In this document: in pieces, positions 1-8,126 of the stretch
Layout: every line of letters starts with the position of its first letter
How positions within the stretch are numbered: position 1 is the first letter of the stretch
Assembly: GCA_040902515.1 (NCBI GenBank)
Contig: JBBDXB010000006.1
Location: 335,814-399,813, forward strand
Direction: 5' to 3'
From: Patescibacteria group bacterium
GTDB taxonomy: Bacteria; Patescibacteriota; SICC01
Length of the DNA stretch: 64,000 bases
Program-made: the position numbers and the translations under genes
The notes under the pieces: model-generated
Databases searched by the model: none
What the model saw: only the letters and a program-made list of their open reading frames with translations
Told to the model about the DNA's origin: nothing

Positions 1-1
1 C

Positions 2-97
2 CTCTCCGAGCTGGAGAAGGGCATCCTGGCCGCCGCCTACTTCCTCTACACCGCGATGCACCCGCTCGAGTACCACCCGGCCAAGCGGTACGGATAG
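2..97 (+). CDS. 3' end of an upstream gene (partial, unknown product)
   Basis: Open frame [31 protein letters not shown] with GC-rich third positions, ending TAG just before pyk. Confidence 0.6.
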   Translation, partial: LSELEKGILAAAYFLYTAMHPLEYHPAKRYG

Positions 98-101
98 GAG
101 T

Positions 102-1148
102 GTGATGCGGCGGACCCAGATCGTGGCGACCATCGGCCCGGCGTCGGAGACGCCGGCGGTCTTGCCGAAGCTGCTCGACGCCGGCACGGACGTGGCGCGG
201 CTGAACTTCTCCCACGGTGACTACGCGGAGTTCGAGCGGATCGTCCGGGACGTCCGGCGCTGGTCGAGCAAGCACACGCGCAAGGTGACGATCCTCCAGG
301 ACCTGCAGGGGCCGAAGCTCCGGGTGGGTGACATGGGGGGCGGCGTGGAGTACCGCGCCGGCACGGTCGTGATGGTCACGCCCGATCCGGTCGCCGGCAC
401 GGAGAAGACGATTCCGGTCACCTACAAGCACCTCGCCGCCGACCTCAAGAAAGGCGACACGATCCTGCTCGCGGACGGCGCGGTGGAGCTGACCGTCATG
501 GGCGCCAAGGGCCGCGACGTGAAGACGAAGGTCGCGAGTGGCGGGGTGGTGACGTCGCATCAGGGGTTCAACGTGCCGGGACGCTCGCTCTCCGTGCCGG
601 CCCTCACCGACAAGGACAAGGAAGACCTTGCCTGGGGACTCGCGCACGAGGTGGACTGGGTGGCGCTCTCGTTCGTCACCGGTCCGGCCGACGTGACCCG
701 CGTCCGCAAGATGATCGAGCGTGCGGAGCCAACCAAAGTACCCAAGCTGATCGCCAAGATTGAGAAGCACGAGGCGGTGGAACACCTGCCGGAGATCATC
801 GCGGCAGCGGACGGCGTAATGGTCGCTCGCGGCGACCTTGGCGTGGAGATCGACCCGGCCGAGGTGCCGTTCGTACAGAAGGAGATCATCCACTACGCGA
901 ACGCCGCGGCCAAACCGGTGATTACCGCCACGCAGATGCTCGAATCGATGGTGCAGCGCCCGCAGCCCACCCGCGCGGAGGTCTCGGACATCGCCAACGC
1001 CGTGCTCGACGGCACCGACGCGGTGATGCTCTCCGAGGAGGCCGCCGTGGGCAAGCACCCGGTCGAGACGGTCCGCACCATGGCGCACGTGATCGACGAT
1101 ACCGAGCGCCTCTTCCACCGCCATCGCGAACGGCTCCGGATCCAGTAA
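102..1148 (+). CDS. pyk: Pyruvate kinase (short form lacking the C-terminal regulatory domain)
   Basis: [59 protein letters not shown] motifs; only 348 aa. Confidence 0.95.
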   Translation: MMRRTQIVATIGPASETPAVLPKLLDAGTDVARLNFSHGDYAEFERIVRDVRRWSSKHTRKVTILQDLQGPKLRVGDMGGGVEYRAGTVVMVTPDPVAGTEKTIPVTYKHLAADLKKGDTILLADGAVELTVMGAKGRDVKTKVASGGVVTSHQGFNVPGRSLSVPALTDKDKEDLAWGLAHEVDWVALSFVTGPADVTRVRKMIERAEPTKVPKLIAKIEKHEAVEHLPEIIAAADGVMVARGDLGVEIDPAEVPFVQKEIIHYANAAAKPVITATQMLESMVQRPQPTRAEVSDIANAVLDGTDAVMLSEEAAVGKHPVETVRTMAHVIDDTERLFHRHRERLRIQ

Positions 1149-1191
1149 TCCGTCAGGCACCAACCGTCCACATAAGAACCACAGGAGAGCC

Positions 1192-1221
1192 GGAATCCCC
1201 TTTACTGTCAGGGATTCCTTT
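1192..1221 (+). terminator. Intrinsic terminator-like hairpin after pyk
   Basis: GGAATCCC...GGGATTCC followed by TTT. Confidence 0.55.
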
Positions 1222-1223
1222 GG

Positions 1224-1229
1224 TAGGCT
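1224..1229 (+). promoter_or_regulatory. Putative -10 box (TAGGCT) for the tRNA-like unit
   Basis: TANNNT hexamer right after the pyk terminator, the same type used upstream of many genes in this window. Confidence 0.4.
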
Positions 1230-1302
1230 TTGTGACATCGTCGTACCTGAACATCCAGTAGCACGATAAATTCCACCAGCTGTTCCCGAGGGAAGGAGAG
1301 CA

Positions 1303-1578
1303 GTGGATCTTGCTGTGATGCAGGACTTTTGGGCGCTTCCCGACCGGGCGCTGTTCGCACTCGGCTTGTTGGGTGCCGTGAACCTTTTGGGGTTCTACCT
1401 GATTCGTTTCGGGACCCGCCCGCGTGAGTCACGTGCGCGGGCCTCACGCAGGTCGCCGTCGTCGGACCCGTCCTCGGGCCGGCCCGGTCGACCGCGCGGA
1501 CCTCCGTGCGTGGCTTACCGAAGTGAAATCTCGTTCACCGCGGCAGCTCCGGCATACCGACAACCCCCATGGGAGTGA
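1303..1578 (+). CDS. Possible small membrane protein
   Basis: GGAAGGAG upstream; one hydrophobic stretch (ALFALGLLGAVNLLGFYLI); the 3' half is hairpin-rich and may be non-coding. Confidence 0.3.
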   Translation: MDLAVMQDFWALPDRALFALGLLGAVNLLGFYLIRFGTRPRESRARASRRSPSSDPSSGRPGRPRGPPCVAYRSEISFTAAAPAYRQPPWE

Positions 1579-1606
1579 GGGAGTCACGGCCGGGGCTGCC
1601 GCTCTC

Positions 1607-1724
1607 GGCGGCGTAGCTCAGACGGTAGAGCGCTCGCGAGGAGAAGCCACAAGAGAAGGCGGAACGACATCCACCGGCATCGGGTCGGTAGCGAGGAGCG
1701 CGGGTTCAAGTCCCGTCGTCGCCA
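1607..1724 (+). ncRNA. tRNA-like RNA with a 53-nt insert in place of the anticodon loop
   Basis: Acceptor GGCGGCG/CGTCGCC+A, D arm GCTC-AGACGGTA-GAGC, anticodon stem CTCGC/GCGAG, T arm GCGGG-TTCAAGT-CCCGT; loop spans 1638-1690. Confidence 0.8.
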
Positions 1725-1791
1725 TGCAACTGCGAACATAAGGAGGTACGCCTATAAGCCATAACTGAATCGCGCACTGCACGAGGGTTAT

Positions 1792-1952
1792 CATCGCAGT
1801 ACGGCACGCCCGTAATCCGAAGGGAGGAAGGATGTTGCCGGGGAGGTAGCTCAGTCCGGTAGAGCGCCGGTTAGACACGCCGGAGGCCGCTGGTTCGAAT
1901 CCAGCCCTCCCGATGTCCAGTCCCGCAACGAAAGGGGGAAACATCGCAGTAC
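1792..1952 (+). repeat. 11-bp direct repeat CATCGCAGTAC (1792-1802 and 1942-1952), each followed by a small hairpin
   Basis: Exact copies, one downstream of each tRNA-like element. Confidence 0.75.
1840..1913 (+). tRNA. Atypical tRNA-Val(GAC)-like gene (A33, G1:G72 mismatch)
   Basis: Cloverleaf: D arm GCTC/GAGC, anticodon arm CCGGT-TAGACAC-GCCGG, T arm GCTGG-TTCGAAT-CCAGC. Confidence 0.7.
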
Positions 1953-2027
1953 CCGTGCTTCGGCACGGCCTGGTCCATTGAAGGAAACTGAGGTGATGCA
2001 AGTGACGCAACGCAGAGTGGTAATCGC

Positions 2028-2408
2028 ATGACTACCACCGACACCGTACTGCCCTCTTCACGGGAGGTGAGGGAGCAGGAGGAGAAAGACGTCCACCGCG
2101 ACGTTGTCAGCATCATTGGGAGAGGGGAGTTCACCCGGAAGTTCTGGAGGTTCTACTCTCTCGAGATACCGACCGCCGTCGAGACCGACGGCGAGGAGTG
2201 CAAGGAGTGGTTGGAGCGGAAACTGGAAACGCTTGTCGAGCTCAGTGATGAGCTCAGCGAGTTGATCCCCGGTGCCCGTTCCGACGTTCAGCGAAGCGCC
2301 CTCTACTGCTTGTACGTAGTGGTGGAGGTAATGATCGAGAAGACGCTCGAGACAGTTGTCGAGTTCTTCTTCCCGGACATGCCCTTCGCGTTTGTGGAGC
2401 AAACATGA
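2028..2408 (+). CDS. Hypothetical acidic helical protein
   Basis: 126-aa ORF with an ATGA overlap with the next ORF. Confidence 0.65.
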   Translation: MTTTDTVLPSSREVREQEEKDVHRDVVSIIGRGEFTRKFWRFYSLEIPTAVETDGEECKEWLERKLETLVELSDELSELIPGARSDVQRSALYCLYVVVEVMIEKTLETVVEFFFPDMPFAFVEQT

Positions 2409-2623
2409 GCAAGAAGGGACGAAACACCATCGAGCCCGCATCCAAGCGGGTCAAGGAGTTGCTCCAATCCAAGGCTAGTTTACCGGACCACGAGCGGATG
2501 CGGCTTGTCGCACTCAAGCAGCAAGGCTTGGAGACGAGCCCCGGCCTACGTTCGATCCGCCGCAAGCGGAAGTACGTGACCGAGCAGCTCAGCAAACTGG
2601 GGGTGCAGACCCAAGAGGTCTGA
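2405..2623 (+). CDS. Hypothetical small basic protein
   Basis: 72-aa Lys/Arg-rich ORF, GGAG upstream, translationally coupled to the previous ORF. Confidence 0.6.
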   Translation: MSKKGRNTIEPASKRVKELLQSKASLPDHERMRLVALKQQGLETSPGLRSIRRKRKYVTEQLSKLGVQTQEV

Positions 2624-2712
2624 CCACACTTCCGGGGGTACCGAACGAGTCGACCGTTCAAAACCCGGCGTTCAGTCGACCACTCTCTGAGTGTGAACGT
2701 CCGACCTGAAAC

Positions 2713-2789
2713 GCCCTTGTGAGAAATACGACATCGATTGATACCACATCATTCGACATCCACCATTTCTTGCAAGGGCTTTTTCTTTT
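2713..2789 (+). terminator. Long-stem hairpin with U tract closing the tRNA-like unit
   Basis: GCCCTTGTGAGAAAT...ATTTCTTGCAAGGGC followed by TTTTTCTTTT. Confidence 0.55.
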
Positions 2790-2846
2790 GGCCGGAATTC
2801 CCGCCGCCGGCTACACTGGGAATGTCCGGCGTGCCGGACGACATAC

Positions 2847-2933
2847 GGAGAGGTGGCCGAGTGGTTTAAGGCGCACGCCTGGAACGCGTGTTGGCCCGCA
2901 AGGGTCTCGAGGGTTCGAATCCCTCCCTCTCCG
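2847..2933 (+). tRNA. tRNA-Ser(GGA)
   Basis: GGAGAGG acceptor, CACGC-CTGGAAC-GCGTG anticodon arm, long variable arm, GGTTCGAATCC, G discriminator. Confidence 0.97.
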
Positions 2934-3159
2934 CAGGATAAACGTCCCGTGCGACCCATCCCAATATCGGATATAAGGCAGTGAAGGGTCAAAAGTGGGT
3001 GTAGCAAGAGGGTTCATGACGAGGACAACAGTACCGCCACGGCAGAGGATGTCTAACGGTTACCGAAAAGAGCAGTGAGTGCTATCTTGTAAGCAAGGGG
3101 AAAAGAACTCCTTAATAGTCTGTTTTCTACCGGCAACCGCGAAAACTAGAGGAGCAGGA

Positions 3160-3699
3160 ATGCTTAATCTGCCCAATTGTATTACCTTGTTGCGGTTGCC
3201 AATGATTGCCGGTGTTGTTCTCTTCTTGAGTATGGAGAGCACCACCAGTGACCGCGCAGCCGTACTTTTGGCAGTAGCCATCGTTGGATCGGACGTACTC
3301 GATGGATATATTGCCAAGAAGTACAGCCAGATAACCGAATTCGGACAGTTTATCGACCCCCTTGTCGATAAGCTCTTCATCGCTTCGGCCCTGTTGGCGC
3401 TTTTCGTTCGAGGCGAGGTAGCAGTTTGGGTGATAGTGGTAATCCTCGGTCGCGATCTGGCCGTGACGGCGTTGCGGGCCTATCTTGGTAGAAAGGGCGC
3501 GTCTATGCCTGCTGTTCGGGCGGCTCAACATAAGACAACCCTTCAGTCCTTGATGGTCATCCTTCTAATCGCAGTCAGCGGGAACCCGTTGTGGCTGCAG
3601 GGACTCATCTGGATCACTGTTGGAGTTACGCTCTATACAGGATTCAGGTATTTCCTCACAGCATCAGCACTTCTACAAGAAAGGAAAACTGCGAAGTAA
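3160..3699 (+). CDS. CDP-alcohol phosphatidyltransferase (PgsA-like)
   Basis: NLPNCITLLR start, DVLDGYIAK...GQFIDPLVDK signature; GAGGAG RBS. Confidence 0.9.
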   Translation: MLNLPNCITLLRLPMIAGVVLFLSMESTTSDRAAVLLAVAIVGSDVLDGYIAKKYSQITEFGQFIDPLVDKLFIASALLALFVRGEVAVWVIVVILGRDLAVTALRAYLGRKGASMPAVRAAQHKTTLQSLMVILLIAVSGNPLWLQGLIWITVGVTLYTGFRYFLTASALLQERKTAK

Positions 3700-3782
3700 C
3701 CGGGGCAATCATCAGAAAGTAAATCAGTTGGTGGGTGCTGCAGAAAGCACTTTCGGCATCCACCAACCCTCGGCTTCCACAA

Positions 3783-4460
3783 CTAGGACTCCAGTACCTC
3801 TGCTAGCAAGGATGCCTGTGTCTGTTTGGAGAAATTGTTTATGGGGATATGTTTGTGAAACCTGAGCCCCGGAACCATTGCCGCTGCAAAAAGTGCGAAT
3901 CGTCGGTCGCCATGACGAGCTCGTTCCATAGAGGCGAGATATTGTAGCAGACAAGCTTTACTTTCATTTTCACGTTCTAATCCTTTAGCGCCGAGAATCA
4001 AGTGACCTGTAGCGTGATCGACACCGGCTTGCATGAATACTTCGGCCATGCGGCGAGGGAAGCTGGTCGCAGGAGAATCACTGTAGAGAATCGCTAGCGG
4101 TGTATCCATACCATCGAACTTTACTTCTACGGCCTGGACTTCTTCAGGTGCTGGTCGATCTGCCAGAATCCATCGGGCACTTTCTCTTACGCTTGTAAGC
4201 GTTTCTCGATCTACTCCAATCGATTCAAAGGTATCGAAAGAATCCTCGCGTAACTCGATGAATTGTTCCCAAGTCACGTCTATTTCGGGCAACCGGTCCA
4301 CCATGTGTCGGATCGCCCGATGCAGTCGGGTGTTCGGCCGCGGGGGAGCCGCGTAGCCTACATCGTCTAATAATCGGTCAGGATCCTCAGGCAATAAATG
4401 TGGATTTCTAGATGATTCCTTTACTAGGATTTCTGATAAATCTGGTGAGGGCTCTGGCAC
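3783..4460 (-). CDS. Hypothetical protein
   Basis: 225-aa ORF in the low-GC islet; no recognised motif. Confidence 0.65.
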   Translation of the reverse strand: MPEPSPDLSEILVKESSRNPHLLPEDPDRLLDDVGYAAPPRPNTRLHRAIRHMVDRLPEIDVTWEQFIELREDSFDTFESIGVDRETLTSVRESARWILADRPAPEEVQAVEVKFDGMDTPLAILYSDSPATSFPRRMAEVFMQAGVDHATGHLILGAKGLERENESKACLLQYLASMERARHGDRRFALFAAAMVPGLRFHKHIPINNFSKQTQASLLAEVLES

Positions 4461-4702
4461 TGTAGTTGGTTGTTACTTTTCCTTTAGTGAGACATCTCTT
4501 TTTATAGTGTCTCATTTGTCTCATTTTGTGCCTAGGAGGATCGTAGACCCACCTGTTCCGCAGGATCGGCCGTATCTGAACCCAGCCCGAGAAGCCGGCT
4601 TCTTTTCGTGATGCCCGGTTGGTACAATGAAGCGCCGACTGACATCAGTTGGTTACCGTCCAGGCACGACCTGGAGCAACGCACATTACAAGGAGGAGAC
4701 AG

Positions 4703-5314
4703 ATGACGGCAACGGCACCGCCGGATGTCATCGTGGTATCGGCCCAAGAGCTCGAGAAGTGGGGCTGCCCGCACTGCGGATTCCAATCGGGGCAGAGCCT
4801 CGCGTCCACGGGTGGCGGAACTTGTTGGATCTGCGGCGAGTGCGGCAGATTCAGCATCGTCCTCGCCGAGGGCCTCACCGAGTCCCCCATCGAGATCGAC
4901 GAGGGGATCATCAAGGTCGGTGGCAATGCCCATGGCCCGACGCTCCAGGAGCACCCGCGCAAGGGAATCCCCAAGCATGGCACTCCCGACGAGCGGCCCG
5001 ATCAGGACGGCGGTGAGCACTTCCGTGTCCGCGGCATCGGTCGCGACCGGACTCCCGGTTGCTTCGTCTGCGGGGGAGAGGAGGAGCTCTACCACAACAT
5101 CGCCGCGTTCGTGCAGTGCAAGGCGTCCGGCGAGCGGGTCGTGGCGATGTTCGAGACAGGAGTTCGTCTCGACTACCGCGACTTCGAGCCCAACCGGGTG
5201 CAGGTGAAGGTGGGGGCGTGCGATACGCATCGCCCGAACTTGGACCGGCTCTACGAGCTGACCGGGGACGGCGTCATCAACGCGGAGCGAATCGAGACCG
5301 CCAGGTCCTGCTGA
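4703..5314 (+). CDS. Multi-Cys zinc-ribbon hypothetical protein
   Basis: AAGGAGG RBS; CPHC, CWICGEC, CFVC motifs; GC-rich third positions. Confidence 0.8.
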   Translation: MTATAPPDVIVVSAQELEKWGCPHCGFQSGQSLASTGGGTCWICGECGRFSIVLAEGLTESPIEIDEGIIKVGGNAHGPTLQEHPRKGIPKHGTPDERPDQDGGEHFRVRGIGRDRTPGCFVCGGEEELYHNIAAFVQCKASGERVVAMFETGVRLDYRDFEPNRVQVKVGACDTHRPNLDRLYELTGDGVINAERIETARSC

Positions 5315-5337
5315 AGCACCCTGACTCCTCCATCGGC

Positions 5338-5371
5338 GTCCGCCGGCCTACCCTTTCATTGGCCGGCGGAC
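5338..5371. terminator. Hairpin between convergent genes
   Basis: GTCCGCCGGCC...GGCCGGCGGAC inverted repeat. Confidence 0.55.
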
Positions 5372-5394
5372 GCTTCATCTTGCGCCTCACCTGT

Positions 5395-6183
5395 TTATGT
5401 CTCGATTTTCTTGACCGGCAGGGCGAGGTTGAGCCTTTCGGGGCTATCAAGGCGGTATTTTTTCCAGAGCTCCCGATACCGTGCTTGAACGTTCGGATTG
5501 GAGTGCTCCGCCCCTGAAAGCAAGAAATAGCTGGTCTGTCCCAGAAAACCTTCTGCCCTACGAGGGCCCCCTTTGGTGACTATCTGATTTACCAGGCCCT
5601 CGTAGAGATCCGCAGCGGCCAGGGAAACCTCAGGCAGCGGATGACCGAAAGGAATGTAGCGAACCTGTAATTCTATGTGATTATCCTCGTCAATCCAGCA
5701 GGCGAGGCGGTCACCCGCGGCTTTTAGTGCGCGCTTTGCGATTTCGGCATCTCTCATTTGTCCGGCTATGTTCAAGAGCTCGCCGGTGTCACCAGCGCTC
5801 TTTTCCCGCGAGACTGCAATCATGTGTTCAAGTGCGGCTACGCGCTCTTCCTTACTGAAGGCGGGGTTATATAGAACCATCCTTGAAGAGCGGTATATCT
5901 GCTCATCATCGACCACCTCTCCATCGGTCGCATCCTCCAGCAGCCGTTCATATGCGCGAGACGCGAGGTCTCGATCATGCTGGTCCAAAACTCGCAGAAG
6001 TTTCATTCTGCCCGCGTAATTGAGGTCATGATCATCGTCTTCGATGAGGACTAGGGCTTTTTTAAGCAACTGCTTTACACTTGCTTGGGACTCTGTGGAC
6101 GTCTCACAGAAGCCTGGTTCGAACAGTTCATCAGCGGGTGGATGCTGGTCGGGCGTATGCCCCTCGGTGTGTTCTGCACTCAT
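5395..6183 (-). CDS. Hypothetical helical protein
   Basis: GGGGAG RBS before ATG 6183; about 262-aa ORF, lower GC. Confidence 0.7.
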   Translation of the reverse strand: MSAEHTEGHTPDQHPPADELFEPGFCETSTESQASVKQLLKKALVLIEDDDHDLNYAGRMKLLRVLDQHDRDLASRAYERLLEDATDGEVVDDEQIYRSSRMVLYNPAFSKEERVAALEHMIAVSREKSAGDTGELLNIAGQMRDAEIAKRALKAAGDRLACWIDEDNHIELQVRYIPFGHPLPEVSLAAADLYEGLVNQIVTKGGPRRAEGFLGQTSYFLLSGAEHSNPNVQARYRELWKKYRLDSPERLNLALPVKKIET

Positions 6184-6296
6184 TAGCTCCCCTTGGTTAA
6201 TTATTCGAGCTATCGAGTATCGCACGGATTCAAAAAAGTGTCAATGACAAGCATTTAATTTACTTAATATAGCTTTAGAAAGTGTCAAAATAGAGA

Positions 6297-6325
6297 TTGA
6301 CAAAAGTAAGAAGGCAAACTATACT
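6297..6325 (+). promoter_or_regulatory. Sigma70 promoter of the TrmB gene (leaderless)
   Basis: TTGACA-17 nt-TATACT, with ATG 6 nt after the -10 box. Confidence 0.8.
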
Positions 6326-6331
6326 CGCCGA

Positions 6332-7099
6332 ATGAACACTGCGTTGCTCACGAAGCTTGGCCTTACCGACTCCCAGGCGAAGACCTATCTCGCGTTGATC
6401 AAGGCCGGTCGGCTCACGCCGCCGGAGCTGGCGGCGAAGACCGGCGAGAGTCGCACCGCTGCCTACATGGCGCTCGCCAAGCTGGAGGAGGTCGGCCTGG
6501 CCCGGCCGGTGGAGGGTGCACGCAAGCAGACGTATGAGCCGGTCAATCCCGCCGAGTTGGAGCGATACCTTGACCGCCGGCGCAAGGAGTTGACGGAGAT
6601 CGAGGAAAACTATCGAGACTCGCTTTCCGGCATGCTGAGCTACTACTACGCGCACCGCAACGAACCAGGCGTACGGTTTTTCCAGGGCGAAAAGGGGTTG
6701 ACCAAGATTTACGAGGATCACCTGCGGACTGGCGAGGACGTCTACTTCGTCCGCACCCCGGCGGACGAGCAGTACTTCGGCAAGATCCTTTACCAGTACA
6801 TGACCAAACGGGCGCAGGCGGGGATTACCGCACACGGCCTGGCGCCATACAGTGAACGCGCCGCAACATGGGCCAAGCAGCACGACAAGCAGCTCAAGCG
6901 TGATATGACCTGGTACCCGCGCAAGGCCTACACGGCGCCGGTCGAGATCGCGGTGTACGGAAACAAGGTGTCGCTGGTTTCATTCGGCGATGAGGCGATT
7001 GGTACGATCATTGAAAGTCCCCAGATCGCACAGGCGCTGCGGGAGCTGCTCGGGATGGCGAGGGCCGGCGCCGGCGAGTTGATGCGGAAAATCCGCTGA
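6332..7099 (+). CDS. TrmB-family HTH transcriptional regulator
   Basis: LGLTDSQAKTYLAL...LAAKTGESRTAAYMALAKL wHTH; VRFFQGEKG and EIAVYGNKV C-terminal domain. Confidence 0.88.
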   Translation: MNTALLTKLGLTDSQAKTYLALIKAGRLTPPELAAKTGESRTAAYMALAKLEEVGLARPVEGARKQTYEPVNPAELERYLDRRRKELTEIEENYRDSLSGMLSYYYAHRNEPGVRFFQGEKGLTKIYEDHLRTGEDVYFVRTPADEQYFGKILYQYMTKRAQAGITAHGLAPYSERAATWAKQHDKQLKRDMTWYPRKAYTAPVEIAVYGNKVSLVSFGDEAIGTIIESPQIAQALRELLGMARAGAGELMRKIR

Positions 7100-7103
7100 T
7101 CGT

Positions 7104-8012
7104 CTAGTTGTTCTCGCCGGACCGCTTCTTGGCCGCGCCCATTTGTATCCGGGCTTCCTTGCGGCCGCGCTTGATGCCATGCCAGACGAGGCGCCCCAGT
7201 TCCGCAGCTAGGCGGAACGGCATGGCGACGACCCATTTGGCGGGATTGCTTTTCTTATACGTCTTGATGATGCGCTGAATTGATCCCTCTACGGCCCGCA
7301 TGGTCTCGGATGCCGGCTGCCCCTGCGCTTCGAATTCATGGATCTGGTCCTGCCGATGCTTCCGGGCGCGCGCCAGCCAGTCTTCCGTGATCTCCTTTTC
7401 CTTCAGTTCGTTCAGCGCTTTCCGGCGCTCCAGGTACTTTTCCCATGGCCACCAGCGCGCCCCCTGTTCGGATGTCCGATCGATGTGGTTTTGCACGTTG
7501 TTCAGGGTCTCTTCGCGGCGAAGCTGTTCCGCCAGGTCCTTGACCTCGATTTCATCACGCACATCCGCGCGATCGATGCGCCGCTTGGTCCGGCCCGAGG
7601 CGTTCTCGTAGGCAGCGGTCGCGTCCTGGGTGGCCGCCACAGTATCCAGTCCGGATTTAGTCGCGAAGTCGTACTCCTCTTGCTTCATGAAACGGCCCCT
7701 GGAGTCCCGCTTGGGAGTCTTGCGGCGCAATGTACTTTCCGCGTGTTTCAGTTCTCGTTCCTCGATATCCTCCGTAATCTCGACGCCCTTTTCGCTGAGC
7801 CGATGCAACCGGGCCCGCGTTTCCGCGAGCGCTTCCTCGCGTGAAGCCTCGTGGGCCTCCGAGTAGAGGCCCCAGGCTTCTTCCTCGGCTCTACTGACGA
7901 TCTCGTCCTGCATCTCCGGCGAAGAAGTCTCGAAGAAGTCCTTCTGTCGCTGTTCGAGGTGCTCAGGACCACGTTTTGCTTCGTCCGGCGCCGGTTGTTC
8001 GCGTTCACTCAT
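7104..8012 (-). CDS. Hypothetical charged coiled-coil protein
   Basis: About 302-aa Glu/Arg-rich ORF. Confidence 0.7.
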   Translation of the reverse strand: MSEREQPAPDEAKRGPEHLEQRQKDFFETSSPEMQDEIVSRAEEEAWGLYSEAHEASREEALAETRARLHRLSEKGVEITEDIEERELKHAESTLRRKTPKRDSRGRFMKQEEYDFATKSGLDTVAATQDATAAYENASGRTKRRIDRADVRDEIEVKDLAEQLRREETLNNVQNHIDRTSEQGARWWPWEKYLERRKALNELKEKEITEDWLARARKHRQDQIHEFEAQGQPASETMRAVEGSIQRIIKTYKKSNPAKWVVAMPFRLAAELGRLVWHGIKRGRKEARIQMGAAKKRSGENN

Positions 8013-8126
8013 GGTATTTTCAAAATTGCTTAATGGTAGCACTAAATCGCTAAGCAGTCAAGGGGTTGCGGTCAGCACATGGCTTGAGCCCGGTCAGCCG
8101 CGGCCATGCTCTGCTACCGTTAAGGC

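Larger units (their letters stand above)
2909..4566. mobile_element. Decayed low-GC islet at the 3' end of tRNA-Ser
   Basis: tRNA 3' end (2909-2939) recurs degenerately at 4536-4566 (21/31 ungapped matches, ending in identical TCCGCAGGAT); the enclosed DNA is visibly AT-richer; no integrase. Confidence 0.55.

Noticed and set aside
1638-1690. Group I intron in a tRNA anticodon loop
   Set aside because: Only 53 nt with no recognisable catalytic core, and excision does not give a canonical loop
1792-1952. CRISPR-like repeats
   Set aside because: Only two 11-bp copies 150 bp apart and no cas genes in the window
1607-2000. tmRNA
   Set aside because: No G3:U70 alanine identity pair, a full D stem is present, and no tag reading frame was found
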